Positions 5,347-15,009 are shown, counted from the stretch's first letter. The stretch is 51,136 bases of DNA from Lachnospiraceae bacterium (GCA_963597005.1 CAVBOS010000001.1:1-51136), one strand, 5' to 3'. Notes: generated from the sequence alone by a model not told the origin. A program made the numbers and translations.

Positions 5347-6747
5347 TCATGTCTCCTTTTCGTTAACTATGTTGGTCAGCCAGAAATCGTTTTTAAGAAG
5401 GATTAAGCCGACTGTGAGTTTGATAATATCGATATACTGAACTGCGGTGTACATCCAAAGTACGGGTAAATCGGTGAAGTGGGCAAGGCAAAAAGCAAGC
5501 GGAACGCTTATTACCCAGGTGTAACCGCCGTCAAACATAAAGGTGATGACGGTTTTTCCGCCGGTTCTGATTGTGAAGTAGACGCAGTTGATAATGGCGT
5601 GAATCGGAAGCGCAAAGCCTGCCGCTACGAGAAGCTTGGACGAGAGGGCACGAACCTCCGGTTCGACGTTGAAAATCATCGGAATAGCTCCCGAGCATGC
5701 AACCAAAATCAAGCCCATGACTATGTGAGAGACAAGCGCAACAAAAAGCATTTTGTTGTCTGTGTCTCGTGCGCCCTTTTTGTCGCCCGCACCGAGCTTT
5801 TGACCGACGAGAATCGAAACTCCGTTACCCGTTGCAATCATGCAGATGGAGAACATATTCCAAATGGTGTTGGTTATGTTTACTGCGGCAACGGCTGAAA
5901 GTCCTCTTGTGGAATAGCACTGAGAGATGACCGTTATGCCGAAGCTCCAGATAATCTCGTTGATGAGAAGCGGCGAGCCTGTTTTTGCGATTTTCTTAAT
6001 GAGCGAAGACGGAACATACAAGCTCTTGAAAGCGCCCTTCATGAAAGGATACTTTTTCGTGTGAGAATGAGCATAAATAGCAATGAAGAAAATTTCAAAA
6101 AAGCGTGCTATTACCGTTGCGATCGCCGCACCCTCAACTCCGAGTCTCGGAAATCCGAACTTGCCGAAAATGAGAATATAGTTGAGGCAAAGGTTAATGA
6201 CGATTGCTCCGCTTGAGCCTATCATGGGGATGAGCGTCTCGCCGTATTCACGAAGAGTACTGGTGTAGGTCTGGACAAGTGCGAACGGCAAAAGGCCGAT
6301 AATGATTACTTTGAGGTACTGCTTTGCGTATGTGAGCGCAAGCTCCATGTCGCCGCCGTCCGAGCTGCCCGTTAAGAACATCTTGATGAAGTTTTCTCCG
6401 AAAATCGAGAAAATCGCTATGCTTATGACGGAAATGATTATGGCAAACATAAATTTAAATCTGAATGTATGGCGCATACCGTCATAGTCGCGCTTTCCGC
6501 AGTACTGGGCGCCGAAAATGGAAACGCCCGATAGTCCGCCGAAAATCGCAAGGTTAAAAACCGTGATTATCTGGTTTATTATGGCAACCGAACTTATCGC
6601 TTCCGTGCCGAGTCTTCCGACCATTACGTTATCAAGAAGGCTGACAGAGCTTGTTATGCCTTGCTGAACGATTAACGGCAAAACAAGTGTGATAAGCACC
6701 TTGTAAAACTGCTTGTCGCCTATGAATTTTTTCTTGAAGCTGTTCAT
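5347..6747 (-). CDS. MATE family efflux transporter
   Basis: Polytopic 466-aa protein with a MATE-like N-terminus (LITLVLPLIVQQGITSSVSLLDNVMVGRLG). I moved the start to the ATG at 6747 because AAGGAGGA lies 10 nt upstream. The track start at 6783 has no SD. Confidence 0.85.
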   Translation of the reverse strand: MNSFKKKFIGDKQFYKVLITLVLPLIVQQGITSSVSLLDNVMVGRLGTEAISSVAIINQIITVFNLAIFGGLSGVSIFGAQYCGKRDYDGMRHTFRFKFMFAIIISVISIAIFSIFGENFIKMFLTGSSDGGDMELALTYAKQYLKVIIIGLLPFALVQTYTSTLREYGETLIPMIGSSGAIVINLCLNYILIFGKFGFPRLGVEGAAIATVIARFFEIFFIAIYAHSHTKKYPFMKGAFKSLYVPSSLIKKIAKTGSPLLINEIIWSFGITVISQCYSTRGLSAVAAVNITNTIWNMFSICMIATGNGVSILVGQKLGAGDKKGARDTDNKMLFVALVSHIVMGLILVACSGAIPMIFNVEPEVRALSSKLLVAAGFALPIHAIINCVYFTIRTGGKTVITFMFDGGYTWVISVPLAFCLAHFTDLPVLWMYTAVQYIDIIKLTVGLILLKNDFWLTNIVNEKET

Positions 6748-6814
6748 TATAATTCTTTTCCTCCTTATCCTGATTTTGCACAACTAAAATACATTTAATA
6801 TATTTAAATATTTA

Positions 6815-7477
6815 TTACATAAGCTCCTTGAAATCTTCGATGAAAGTGTCGCTGATTTCCTTAAGCTTTTCCTGTTCATCCTTATCGTGGCAGTCGTCTT
6901 TCATAATGATGAGCTTGAATCCCGCTTTCTTCGCAGTCGATGCGGCGTAGTAAGCATCCTCAACAACTACGGCTTTGTCTATGGAAATTCCGAAATGCTC
7001 AAGGCAGTCGAGATAAACATCGGGGTGCTCCTTGCTTTTTCCGACCGTTGCGCAAGAGGCTGAGTACTCGATAAATTCGAGAAGTCCCAGTTTTTCAAGA
7101 CAAGGCTCAAGAGCACTGATGTCGGATGCCGTGGCAAGGGCAATGTGCTTGCCGTTATCACGAAGGTATTTAAGAAAGGCCCGTGCACTCTTCTTTTCCG
7201 GTACTCTTGTAACATAACCCTCAGCTGCAAAATCTGTAATTTCCTGTGCGACCGATTCGGGCGTGCCCGATGCTCCCAAACGGTTCACGTAGTAATCGGC
7301 ACACTGAAGAAGACTCAGATTATTCATGATTTGAGCAAGTCCCTCGGGTGCGTCTATTCCTTTATAACGGGCAAAATCATAGGTGAGATTTCCCCACATC
7401 GGCATGGAATCCACCAAGGTTCCGTCACAATCAAATATAAAAAGATCAATATTATTTACATCAATAGATTTTTCCAT
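6815..7477 (-). CDS. HAD-IA family hydrolase (phosphatase / beta-phosphoglucomutase-like)
   Basis: Motif I FIFDCDGTLVDS near the N-terminus, later ALATAS and VVVEDAYYAASTAKKAGF (motifs II-IV). 220 aa. Confidence 0.8.
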   Translation of the reverse strand: MEKSIDVNNIDLFIFDCDGTLVDSMPMWGNLTYDFARYKGIDAPEGLAQIMNNLSLLQCADYYVNRLGASGTPESVAQEITDFAAEGYVTRVPEKKSARAFLKYLRDNGKHIALATASDISALEPCLEKLGLLEFIEYSASCATVGKSKEHPDVYLDCLEHFGISIDKAVVVEDAYYAASTAKKAGFKLIIMKDDCHDKDEQEKLKEISDTFIEDFKELM

Positions 7478-7552
7478 TTCATATACCCCCTGAAATCAGC
7501 GTTGCGAAATTAATTCTATCATATGATATATTCTTTTTCAATCGGGAAAGGC

Positions 7553-7593
7553 AAGAGAAAAGCAGTCAATAGGCGGTTGACTGCTTTTCTCTT
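7553..7593 (-). terminator. 17-bp perfect hairpin immediately downstream of the 7596 CDS
   Basis: AAGAGAAAAGCAGTCAA / TTGACTGCTTTTCTCTT with a 7-nt loop. The T-tract is only modest on either strand. Confidence 0.55.
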
Positions 7594-7595
7594 TA

Positions 7596-8444
7596 TTATT
7601 CAAGTGACTTAAGTAAATCTATTGATTTTTTCATATCATCAAAAATATCACCGCTTATCGGCATATCCTGATCGATGATAACGGGGAACTTTCCGTCTTC
7701 GTTAACAGAGAGGCAAGCTTTCACATTTGTTCTGCCCTCACCCAAAACGGCAAACATTTTCGGTATACCGAGTTCGTCAAAATTCTCGTGAAGATCCTTG
7801 AAGTGAATGCATCTGAGAACGGGGAGATATTTTCTCATGAAATCCTCGGGCTCGATACCGCCCGGCATAACCCAACCTGTATCAACCTGAGCGAAAACGC
7901 CCTCGCTCTTTTTGAGAAGATATTCGTAGACGAAAACATCTTCGCTGTCAAGCTCGATTTTTTTGCGGAAATCGCCTCCGCTGTTGTGAAGCCAAAGCTC
8001 CACGCCGACGCTTTTCAGCTCTTTTGCCACTTCACTCAGAGTTTCTGCAAAGGAAACGGGATTGTCAATCGCCTCTTGCGGTGTGTTGATAACATATGCT
8101 TTAATTCCGACTTTCTCGGCAAGAGCTTTTAGTCTCGGCATGATTTTCTGATAGTCTGAGCCGAAAATGTGAGCGGAGAGAATCTCAAGTCCGTATTTTT
8201 TCATCATTTCGACATAGTGGGGAGCTGTTTCGTAAGTCCAGAGTAAATCGGGAAGAGCAGCGGCGGCTTGGTTTCCGCTTTCGAGTGCTTTTCTTTTAAA
8301 TTCCTCTGCGTCATCAAAAATAATGCACGGCTCGATAATTGAGTAGCCGTATTCGCTCATGGTTTTAAAGAAATAATCGGGATCCTTTTTGAAATCAGCC
8401 GAGCAGCCGAACATTTGAAGACCGTATTTAATGTCATTTTTCAT
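7596..8444 (-). CDS. sugar phosphate isomerase/epimerase (xylose-isomerase-like TIM barrel)
   Basis: 282 aa with family-like segments (YGYSIIEPC, ELWLHNSGGDF, IHFKDL, VIIDQD). The call is at family level only. Confidence 0.6.
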   Translation of the reverse strand: MKNDIKYGLQMFGCSADFKKDPDYFFKTMSEYGYSIIEPCIIFDDAEEFKRKALESGNQAAAALPDLLWTYETAPHYVEMMKKYGLEILSAHIFGSDYQKIMPRLKALAEKVGIKAYVINTPQEAIDNPVSFAETLSEVAKELKSVGVELWLHNSGGDFRKKIELDSEDVFVYEYLLKKSEGVFAQVDTGWVMPGGIEPEDFMRKYLPVLRCIHFKDLHENFDELGIPKMFAVLGEGRTNVKACLSVNEDGKFPVIIDQDMPISGDIFDDMKKSIDLLKSLE

Positions 8445-8559
8445 TGTGAAATCCGCCTTTCATGCGTATGGTATCGTTGCCATATCTACAAGTGAAATTA
8501 TATAATAACGAAGAACAAAAGTCAATTTGAATATTTGAATTAAAAAAGGACAAAATATC

Positions 8560-8593
8560 TGTCCGTGGTTTGTCCCTCTTAACCGATTATAAT
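8560..8593 (+). promoter_or_regulatory. P6: TGTCC-N6-TGTCC-N12-TATAAT promoter
   Basis: TGTCC at 8560-8564 and 8571-8575, TATAAT at 8588-8593, then a 70-nt A+C-only leader (AAAAACAAACACAAAACAAACACCAAACAAAACAAACAG). Confidence 0.55.
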
Positions 8594-8666
8594 TTAGACA
8601 TAAAAACAAACACAAAACAAACACCAAACAAAACAAACAGTCCAAAGAAAGAAAGGAAAATATAAA

Positions 8667-8813
8667 ATGACAATCAACACAGTAACAGCAACGTTCATCG
8701 GAATATCAATCGTTACCGCAGCTATCGGATACGGAGCTTTCGCAATTATGCGATTGGTTGACAGACTTTATTATGAGCATGAAGAAAAATGTGCGGCAAA
8801 AGTAAGTAACTGA
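8667..8813 (+). CDS. micropeptide D1, 48 aa, single TM: MTINTVTATFIGISIVTAAIGYGAFAIMRLVDRLYYEHEEKCAAKVSN
   Basis: AAAGGAAA SD about 8 nt upstream. It is the only ORF downstream of P6, with an N-terminal TM helix and a charged tail. Confidence 0.5.
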   Translation: MTINTVTATFIGISIVTAAIGYGAFAIMRLVDRLYYEHEEKCAAKVSN

Positions 8814-9011
8814 TGAACAGATAAGACCGTCGCCCAAAGCGGCGGACTCTTGCTATAGACTCGGATAAAACAAAAGATAAAGGCAAACAAGCAAAATTCT
8901 TGAAAAAGATAACTAAAGTCTTTTCTTTTTAGTTAAAAAGTGCTATATTTATGACAATAGACGGGGAGAAATCGTCTTAATATCACCTAATCAAAATGAA
9001 AGGAAATATTT

Positions 9012-11150
9012 ATGAAAAAGAGAACATCTAAAATTGTTTCAATTGTAATGGCTCTGGCACTCGTAGTGTCGTGCTTTGCACAGAATGCCTTTGCGGCTTC
9101 CTCGATTGACGCAGACGGATTCGAATTTGACGGCTGGACCGAAAGCTTCAGCTTCGACGTGAACGATGTCACAGCTGGCGAAACCGTTGAAATCGGTGCA
9201 AGCCAAGAGGATATCTGCTTTGTGGCAGACTGCACCTCTGTCGACGGGCTCACCTACGGTGATGAGTTTACTGTTTCAAACAGCGGCTCAGGCCTTGAAA
9301 TCACAATCAACAAGAGCGGTGACTTCACCGTTACCACGCTCGCAAGAATGTCTAACCATGACCTTGACGGCTCAACCACAGGCAGAATTTCAATTACATG
9401 CGGCAGTGCAAGCACCGAGGTCTACGCTTCAGGTACATTGCCGGACGGCTCCTATCCCGGAGTTTCAACCACGGTTGCGTTTGAAACAGGCGTAGCAGGC
9501 GCAGTTGTCACTGTAGGCGGAGCAGAATACACAGCGGACTCAGACGGAACAGCTTATGCTACCGGTCTTGATACATACACAGTTTACACAGCTACATGCT
9601 CGGCAGACGGCTATGACTTCAGTGACCAGTCCTATTCATTCTACATCGGCGCATCCGATATGTCTTCTGCGGGCAGTGCAGACAGAATAGCAACAGGTGA
9701 CTATCAGACCTATACCTTCACAGGAACACCGATAGAAGAGGACAAGGGTAGCGTTACAGTTGCTATAAACGGTGGTGACGGTGACGAAACCGTTACAGTA
9801 GCTAATGCAGACGGCGACAGCGCAGTTCTTTCAAACGGCGACACAGAGGAGCTTCCCGTAGGCGAATACACAGCTACAATTACTTTTGACGAAGATAAAT
9901 ACACAGTCGACAGCAGCTCAGTATCTGTTTCAGTCACAAAGAACAATACATCAACAGTAGAATTTACACTCACGGAAAACGAGCCTGATCCAGTTTACGG
10001 AACAGCAGTTATCACAGTTACAGATACAGACGGAAGCCCGATTAGCGGAGCTACCGTCACACTCGACGACGGTCAGTCAGCTACAACGGGTGCTGACGGT
10101 ACGGCAGAATTCCAGATAGAGGTTGGAGTAACCTACTCCGCTTCCATCACTGTTCCGACAGGCTACACATACAGCGGCGGCGATATCGGCGGAATCAAGG
10201 TTGACAGCGAGGGCGATTCATTTAACGGAAACGCTACCGCAGAAAAGGACGCAGAGCCTACTGCAGAGCCGACAACGGCACCTACAACCGAGCCGACAAC
10301 AAAGCCGACAGAAAAGCCTACTGCAGAGCCGACAGAGAAACCTACCGAAAAGCCCACAGAGAAGCCGACAGAGAAGCCGACAGCTACTCCGAAGCCGACT
10401 AAGGCTCCCACAGAAAAGCCGACAGCTACTCCGAAGCCCACAAAGGCTCCTACAGAGAAGCCGACTGCAACACCTAAGCCGACAGAAGCTCCCACAGCAA
10501 CTCCGGCACCTAAGAGAACAATCAATGTTAAGGTCGTATGGAACGACGATAACAATAAGGCAAACGCAAGACCAAGCTCACTTGAGGTTCAGCTTAACGC
10601 AAACGGTTCAAAGTATGCAAGCGAGAATCTCTCCGACAGCAACGGCTGGGCAAAGACATGGTCGGATCTCGACAGAGGCTCTTCATGGAGCATTTCGGTA
10701 AACAACATACCGAACGGCTACTACAAGCAGACCTCACTCGACAGCTCAACGCTCACATTCACAATCACGATGAATTACAGCGGAAGCAGTGCAACTCCGA
10801 CACCCGGCCCGACAGCAGTTGTAACGCCAAACCCGACGGCAACTCCGACCCCGAACAACAATAACAATAACAATAACAGCACGCCAACACCGAGAGCTTC
10901 CGCTTCTCCGAAAGCATCAGCATCGGCTAAGCCTACCTTTAAGCCCGCTCCGTCCACAAGTCCGTCCACAAGCCCAAGCGGCAACCTGACGAACTCACCG
11001 AGCCCATCACCAAGCAGCTCGAGAAACACGGATAAGGGCGGAAGCAATATCTTCCTTTGGATCTGCATCGTTCTTATCATTCTTTCCGCAGGCGGTATCG
11101 TAACGGTTATCACAATCATCGTTATCAACCAGAGAAAGCACAGACACTGA
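9012..11150 (+). CDS. cell-surface protein: signal peptide, Ig-like/Cna-B-type domains, Thr/Pro linker, C-terminal TM anchor
   Basis: 712 aa. Signal peptide [22 protein letters not shown]. The Cna-B-like segment [29 protein letters not shown] follows the TP-rich linker. It also has a poly-Asn run and a terminal TM helix with a basic tail (NQRKHRH). No LPXTG motif. Confidence 0.75.
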   Translation: MKKRTSKIVSIVMALALVVSCFAQNAFAASSIDADGFEFDGWTESFSFDVNDVTAGETVEIGASQEDICFVADCTSVDGLTYGDEFTVSNSGSGLEITINKSGDFTVTTLARMSNHDLDGSTTGRISITCGSASTEVYASGTLPDGSYPGVSTTVAFETGVAGAVVTVGGAEYTADSDGTAYATGLDTYTVYTATCSADGYDFSDQSYSFYIGASDMSSAGSADRIATGDYQTYTFTGTPIEEDKGSVTVAINGGDGDETVTVANADGDSAVLSNGDTEELPVGEYTATITFDEDKYTVDSSSVSVSVTKNNTSTVEFTLTENEPDPVYGTAVITVTDTDGSPISGATVTLDDGQSATTGADGTAEFQIEVGVTYSASITVPTGYTYSGGDIGGIKVDSEGDSFNGNATAEKDAEPTAEPTTAPTTEPTTKPTEKPTAEPTEKPTEKPTEKPTEKPTATPKPTKAPTEKPTATPKPTKAPTEKPTATPKPTEAPTATPAPKRTINVKVVWNDDNNKANARPSSLEVQLNANGSKYASENLSDSNGWAKTWSDLDRGSSWSISVNNIPNGYYKQTSLDSSTLTFTITMNYSGSSATPTPGPTAVVTPNPTATPTPNNNNNNNNSTPTPRASASPKASASAKPTFKPAPSTSPSTSPSGNLTNSPSPSPSSSRNTDKGGSNIFLWICIVLIILSAGGIVTVITIIVINQRKHRH
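10251..10513 (+). repeat. in-frame Thr/Pro/Lys/Glu tandem repeats inside the surface protein
   Basis: PTEK(P) 12-nt units, then three copies of a 42-nt unit encoding [14 protein letters not shown]. Explains the long alternative-frame ORFs on both strands. Confidence 0.8.
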
Positions 11151-11185
11151 TAAGGGTCTAGACGGAAAATAAATTGAGTTAACCG

Positions 11186-11220
11186 AAATCCCGACTTGAT
11201 TAATTCGAGTCGGGATTTTT
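11186..11220 (+). terminator. rho-independent terminator after the surface protein gene
   Basis: Stem AAATCCCGACT / AGTCGGGATTT followed by TTTTT. Confidence 0.7.
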
Positions 11221-11355
11221 GATGCTTGATAAATTTCAGAGTATTGTGCCTTAAAATCGCAAAAATAATTGTAAAATATCGAATTTGGTGTTAAGATTTA
11301 TACTTAGATTACTTTATACCCAAAACATCAAAATTATTTTTACGGAGAAAATTCT

Positions 11356-11655
11356 ATGAGTTATGTTTACGGAGCAATGTTCATCATATGCGGACTTATT
11401 TTGATGATAAAGCTCAAAAGTGAAAACAAAATCTTTTTGCCTCTCGGAATTTATTTCATTCTCTTAGGTGCACTGCGTGTTGTGCAGACAATCTGGGCGG
11501 TAGAGGCACTCACATGGGTTAGCCGTGTGCTAAGCGGAATTGCTCTTGCTTACTGCGTTGTTTTCTATGTAAAAAACGGTTCGTTCAAGAAGAACAGCAA
11601 CGTCACGCAGTCATCAAGCGAGAAGAAGAGCAAGGACGACTCAGGTTTGTTCTGA
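11356..11655 (+). CDS. small membrane protein (3 predicted TM), unknown function
   Basis: 99 aa with GGAGAAAA SD, three hydrophobic helices and a Ser/Lys-rich tail. Confidence 0.5.
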   Translation: MSYVYGAMFIICGLILMIKLKSENKIFLPLGIYFILLGALRVVQTIWAVEALTWVSRVLSGIALAYCVVFYVKNGSFKKNSNVTQSSSEKKSKDDSGLF

Positions 11656-11676
11656 TAAAGCTGAGGAGGGAAACAA

Positions 11677-12621
11677 ATGACAGCGTTTTTAACTACCTTG
11701 CTTAAGGTGGCAATTATGCTCATACTCATTTCTGTCGGATGGGTGCTTTCCAAGGTCGGAATGATAACCGACAAGGGCTCGAAAGATATAACGAATCTTC
11801 TCGTTTATGTCGTTGCGCCGTGTCTCAGCGTTTCGTCATTTTTGACGGCAGACACATCGAGCATCACGCCGAAGGATTTGATAATCGCATTTGCGGGTGC
11901 GGTTCTCGCAATGGGTCTTGCGATAGTGCTCAGCTTTTTCTTCTACGGAAAAAGCCCCGACGAAGAAAAGAGAGTTATACGGTTTGCGATTGTATTTTCA
12001 AACTGCGGATTTATGGGCTTGCCGCTTGTCCAAAGCATCATAGGTGCTCAGGCGATTGTTTACTGCACTATGTTCCTTGCGGTTTTCAATATTCTCACAT
12101 GGACTTACGGCTACATCATGATGAGTACGGGCAATCTTTCCGTGCTCTCGACCATAAAGCTTGCAATCGTAAACCCCGGAACAATCGGTATCGTTATCGG
12201 ACTTCTGGTGTTTATCTTTAACATCAAACTGCCCGATGTCATTGAGGCGCCGATAGACTATTTTGCTGCGCTTAATACTCCGCTTGCGATGATAGTTGTC
12301 GGAAACAACATCTCAAAGGTTAAGTTCAGAGATATTTTCACCGACAAAAAGGTCTATGCCGTGTCTTTCTTGAGACTAATCGTAGCTCCGCTTGTGCTTT
12401 TGCCGTTTTTGTGCCTCATGCATCCGATTCACGATGTTTTTCTGACGACGGTGCTTCAGGCAAGTGCCCCTGTTGCGGCTAACTCGGTTATTTTTGCCGT
12501 TATGTTCGGCAGAGACGCAAAGCTTGCATCTAAGCTTGTTGCGGCTTCCACGATTATTTCGCTTATAACCATACCGATACTCACGATGATAAGTGAATTT
12601 TGTATTACAGCATTTTGCTAA
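11677..12621 (+). CDS. AEC (auxin efflux carrier) family transporter
   Basis: 314 aa with GAGGAGGG SD. Polytopic, with AEC-like segments (FSNCGFMGLPL, LNTPLAMIVVG, ASAPVAANSVIFA). Confidence 0.8.
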   Translation: MTAFLTTLLKVAIMLILISVGWVLSKVGMITDKGSKDITNLLVYVVAPCLSVSSFLTADTSSITPKDLIIAFAGAVLAMGLAIVLSFFFYGKSPDEEKRVIRFAIVFSNCGFMGLPLVQSIIGAQAIVYCTMFLAVFNILTWTYGYIMMSTGNLSVLSTIKLAIVNPGTIGIVIGLLVFIFNIKLPDVIEAPIDYFAALNTPLAMIVVGNNISKVKFRDIFTDKKVYAVSFLRLIVAPLVLLPFLCLMHPIHDVFLTTVLQASAPVAANSVIFAVMFGRDAKLASKLVAASTIISLITIPILTMISEFCITAFC

Positions 12622-12630
12622 GGAGAAAAT

Positions 12631-12804
12631 ATGGGCCCATATTTTTATGTTGTTGAGAGCATAAACGGAGATTATGCTTACTTAAAGAGAACAGATATTG
12701 AGAGCGACGAGCTTTTTCAGGTTGCGCTTGCTCTTTTGCCTGACGGAATGGACGAGGGAACTCATTTGAGATGGGAAAACCTCATCTATGAAATCACAGA
12801 TTGA
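12631..12804 (+). CDS. small DUF3006-like protein, 57 aa
   Basis: AAGGAG SD 7 nt upstream. The sequence MGPYFYVVESINGDYAYLKRTDIESDELFQVALALLPDGMDEGTHLRWEN resembles the DUF3006 pattern. Below the length cut-off of the ORF track. Confidence 0.45.
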   Translation: MGPYFYVVESINGDYAYLKRTDIESDELFQVALALLPDGMDEGTHLRWENLIYEITD

Positions 12805-12846
12805 TTGTAAAAGCTTAAGGAATTAAGTAAAAGAAAGGAAATAAAA

Positions 12847-13467
12847 ATGCTTATTGCACCATCAGTATTAGCGGCGGATTTCTCAAGACTTGACGAGGAG
12901 ATGAAAAGAATAGCTACGGCGGATTTTGTTCACCTCGACGTTATGGACGGTGATTTTGTCCCGAATATCAGCTTCGGTTTTCCCGTTATAAAGGGAATAA
13001 GAAAGTCGACCGAGGTGCCGTTTGACGTTCATCTCATGATTAGTCATCCGCTTAAATATATCGAGAACTGCAAGCAGTCGGGAGCAGATGTCGTTTCGTT
13101 CCACGTTGAGTGCGGTGATGACACCGAGGCGGTTATCGATAAGATTATCGAGCTTGGAATGAAGCCTGCGCTTGCAGTCAAGCCGGGAACAGACATAAGT
13201 GTGGTTTATCCGTTTGTCGACAAGCTGTATATGGTATTGGTCATGACGGTTGAGCCTGGATTCGGCGGACAGAAGTTCATGGCAGACCAAATGGAGAAGG
13301 TTAAGACGCTTAAAGCTAAGTATCCCAATCTTTTGGTTGAGTGCGACGGCGGAATAAACGGCAGCACTATCGATATTTGCAAGGAATCGGGCGTTGACAT
13401 CAGCGTTGCGGGAACAGCGGTTTTCGGCGCAGAAGACCCCGAAAAGGCTATTGCGGCACTTAGATAA
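12847..13467 (+). CDS. rpe: ribulose-phosphate 3-epimerase
   Basis: 206 aa. IAPSVLAADFSRLDEE, HLDVMDGDFVPNISFG, DVHLM and MTVEPGFGGQKF are canonical Rpe motifs. Confidence 0.9.
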   Translation: MLIAPSVLAADFSRLDEEMKRIATADFVHLDVMDGDFVPNISFGFPVIKGIRKSTEVPFDVHLMISHPLKYIENCKQSGADVVSFHVECGDDTEAVIDKIIELGMKPALAVKPGTDISVVYPFVDKLYMVLVMTVEPGFGGQKFMADQMEKVKTLKAKYPNLLVECDGGINGSTIDICKESGVDISVAGTAVFGAEDPEKAIAALR

Positions 13468-13480
13468 AATAAATCAATAA

Positions 13481-13525
13481 AAAATGGCTCAGGTATTCAC
13501 AAGAACGCCTGAGCCATTTTGTTTT
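13481..13525. terminator. bidirectional terminator between convergent rpe and the lipoprotein gene
   Basis: 13-bp stem AAAATGGCTCAGG / CCTGAGCCATTTT, flanked by A-run and T-run. Confidence 0.7.
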
Positions 13526-13540
13526 AAATTATAGTTTTTA

Positions 13541-14023
13541 TCAGTCGAGTCCCAGATATTCGAGAACCTTATCGACATTGCCCGAGGCAACATCCTCCTT
13601 GCCGTAAATGACAACCTTGCCTACTCTGACAACAGCCTGATATTTATCGCCGTTTCTGAGATAATATTTGCTGTAGAACGATGTACTTATATCCTTTTCG
13701 ACATTGGCAGAGCTGTTAGAGATGCTGTTCTCAATGGTTGCGAAAAGCTCGCTTGCGCTGTCCTCATTGTCATACTGGATAAATTCGATTACTTCATTGT
13801 CGCTTTGAGCGATATAAAGCTTATCCATGTGCTCCTGGTCTGTTCCCGAAGTGGATTGGGAGACTGCCGAGAGGTCGACGCTGTCGCAGGCAAGCATGAA
13901 GTCGCCGTCCGTCGGCTCGCTCATTTTGGAGCATCCCGTAAGTGTGAGGGAAAGTGCCGTGAACATAAGGCAAAGGGCAACTGCTTTGAGTGAGTATTTT
14001 CTGATTTTGCTTTGTTCGTGCAT
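13541..14023 (-). CDS. putative lipoprotein
   Basis: 160 aa with a signal peptide and lipobox LTLTGC. Confidence 0.6.
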   Translation of the reverse strand: MHEQSKIRKYSLKAVALCLMFTALSLTLTGCSKMSEPTDGDFMLACDSVDLSAVSQSTSGTDQEHMDKLYIAQSDNEVIEFIQYDNEDSASELFATIENSISNSSANVEKDISTSFYSKYYLRNGDKYQAVVRVGKVVIYGKEDVASGNVDKVLEYLGLD

Positions 14024-14163
14024 AGTGAAAAATCCTTTCTGGGAGATTTTGAAAATCTCTTCTAAACTAATTGTAACTTGCTAATTTGAAAATAAGGTGA
14101 ACATCAAATTCAACAAGAGTATACTCCGATATTCGTAAAAAGTCCAATCTAAGCTGTAAAAAC

Positions 14164-15009
14164 TCAGAAGAGCTCGGGGTGCATTCGGCTGTAATGAAAA
14201 ATATATTGCTGGGCAATTCCTGCATCTGTTCCGAAAATGCTTGGGTCAACATCGGGCAAAAGCTTACCCATAGCCTTTTTCATCCAAACGTCAACGGGAA
14301 AGCACTCCGTTCGGTGAAATCCGTACAGAAGAGCGCAGTCGGCTACTTTAGGCCCGATTCCCTTGACCGTTTTGATTTTTTTCTTCGCTTCGTCTATCGG
14401 CAAATAATACATCGATTCCAAAAATCCGTCTTCCAATGCGGCATTCGCTCCCGCAAGAATATATTTTGCACGGAAACCGCTTCTGATGACGGCTAAGTCA
14501 TCTTCAGTAAGACTCGATATTTTCTCGGCACTCGGAAACGAGAAGAGATTTGTTCCGCCTATTCTGTCGCCGAAATTCTCGCACAGCCTTGAGATAATTC
14601 CCTTTATTCTCGGAATATTGTTGTTCTGTGAGATGATGAACGAGCAGACCGCCTCCCACGGATCTTGCTTTAATATGCGTATCCCCGGAGCGTAGTCGGC
14701 GGCTTCCTTGAGCACGGGGGAAATATTTGAGAGTCGGCTTCTTATCTCGTCATAGTCGGTCGCAAGGTCAAAGTAATCGTACCAAATGCTTTCAAAGTCA
14801 CTTTTATCGCAGTGAAATGTGATTGTGTCGCTGTCTGCGGTGAGAGTGAGAGCTTTGCCGAATGCGATGCCGCTCCATGAGCCGTCGCTGTTTTCAGCCC
14901 AGCGGAATGCTTGGCCGCAATCGAGCGTCTGAGCCAAATCGAAGATTTTTCTGATTGTAACGGCGGTTTCGGTTTCGTTTATAATGATGTTATCGTAATT
15001 GTTCAACAT
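14164..15009 (-). CDS. ogg: 8-oxoguanine DNA glycosylase / HhH-GPD family base-excision enzyme
   Basis: 281 aa with an OGG N-domain signature LDCGQAFRW, and an HhH-GPD region KGIGPKVADCALLYG...PVDVW. Confidence 0.7.
   Translation of the reverse strand: MLNNYDNIIINETETAVTIRKIFDLAQTLDCGQAFRWAENSDGSWSGIAFGKALTLTADSDTITFHCDKSDFESIWYDYFDLATDYDEIRSRLSNISPVLKEAADYAPGIRILKQDPWEAVCSFIISQNNNIPRIKGIISRLCENFGDRIGGTNLFSFPSAEKISSLTEDDLAVIRSGFRAKYILAGANAALEDGFLESMYYLPIDEAKKKIKTVKGIGPKVADCALLYGFHRTECFPVDVWMKKAMGKLLPDVDPSIFGTDAGIAQQYIFHYSRMHPELF

Noticed and set aside
5068-5898. Plus-strand ORFs (112, 68 and 139 aa) antisense to the DUF896 and MATE genes.
   Set aside because: They overlap confidently assigned minus-strand genes. 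They have biased, Arg/Cys-rich composition and no SD.
10163-10864. Alternative-frame ORFs (130 aa on the minus strand, 166 aa and 68 aa on the plus strand) inside the surface-protein gene.
   Set aside because: They are out-of-frame readings of the Thr/Pro tandem repeats, giving Gly/Val/Ala or Arg/Ser/Gln low complexity. The 712-aa frame has a signal peptide, domains and an anchor.
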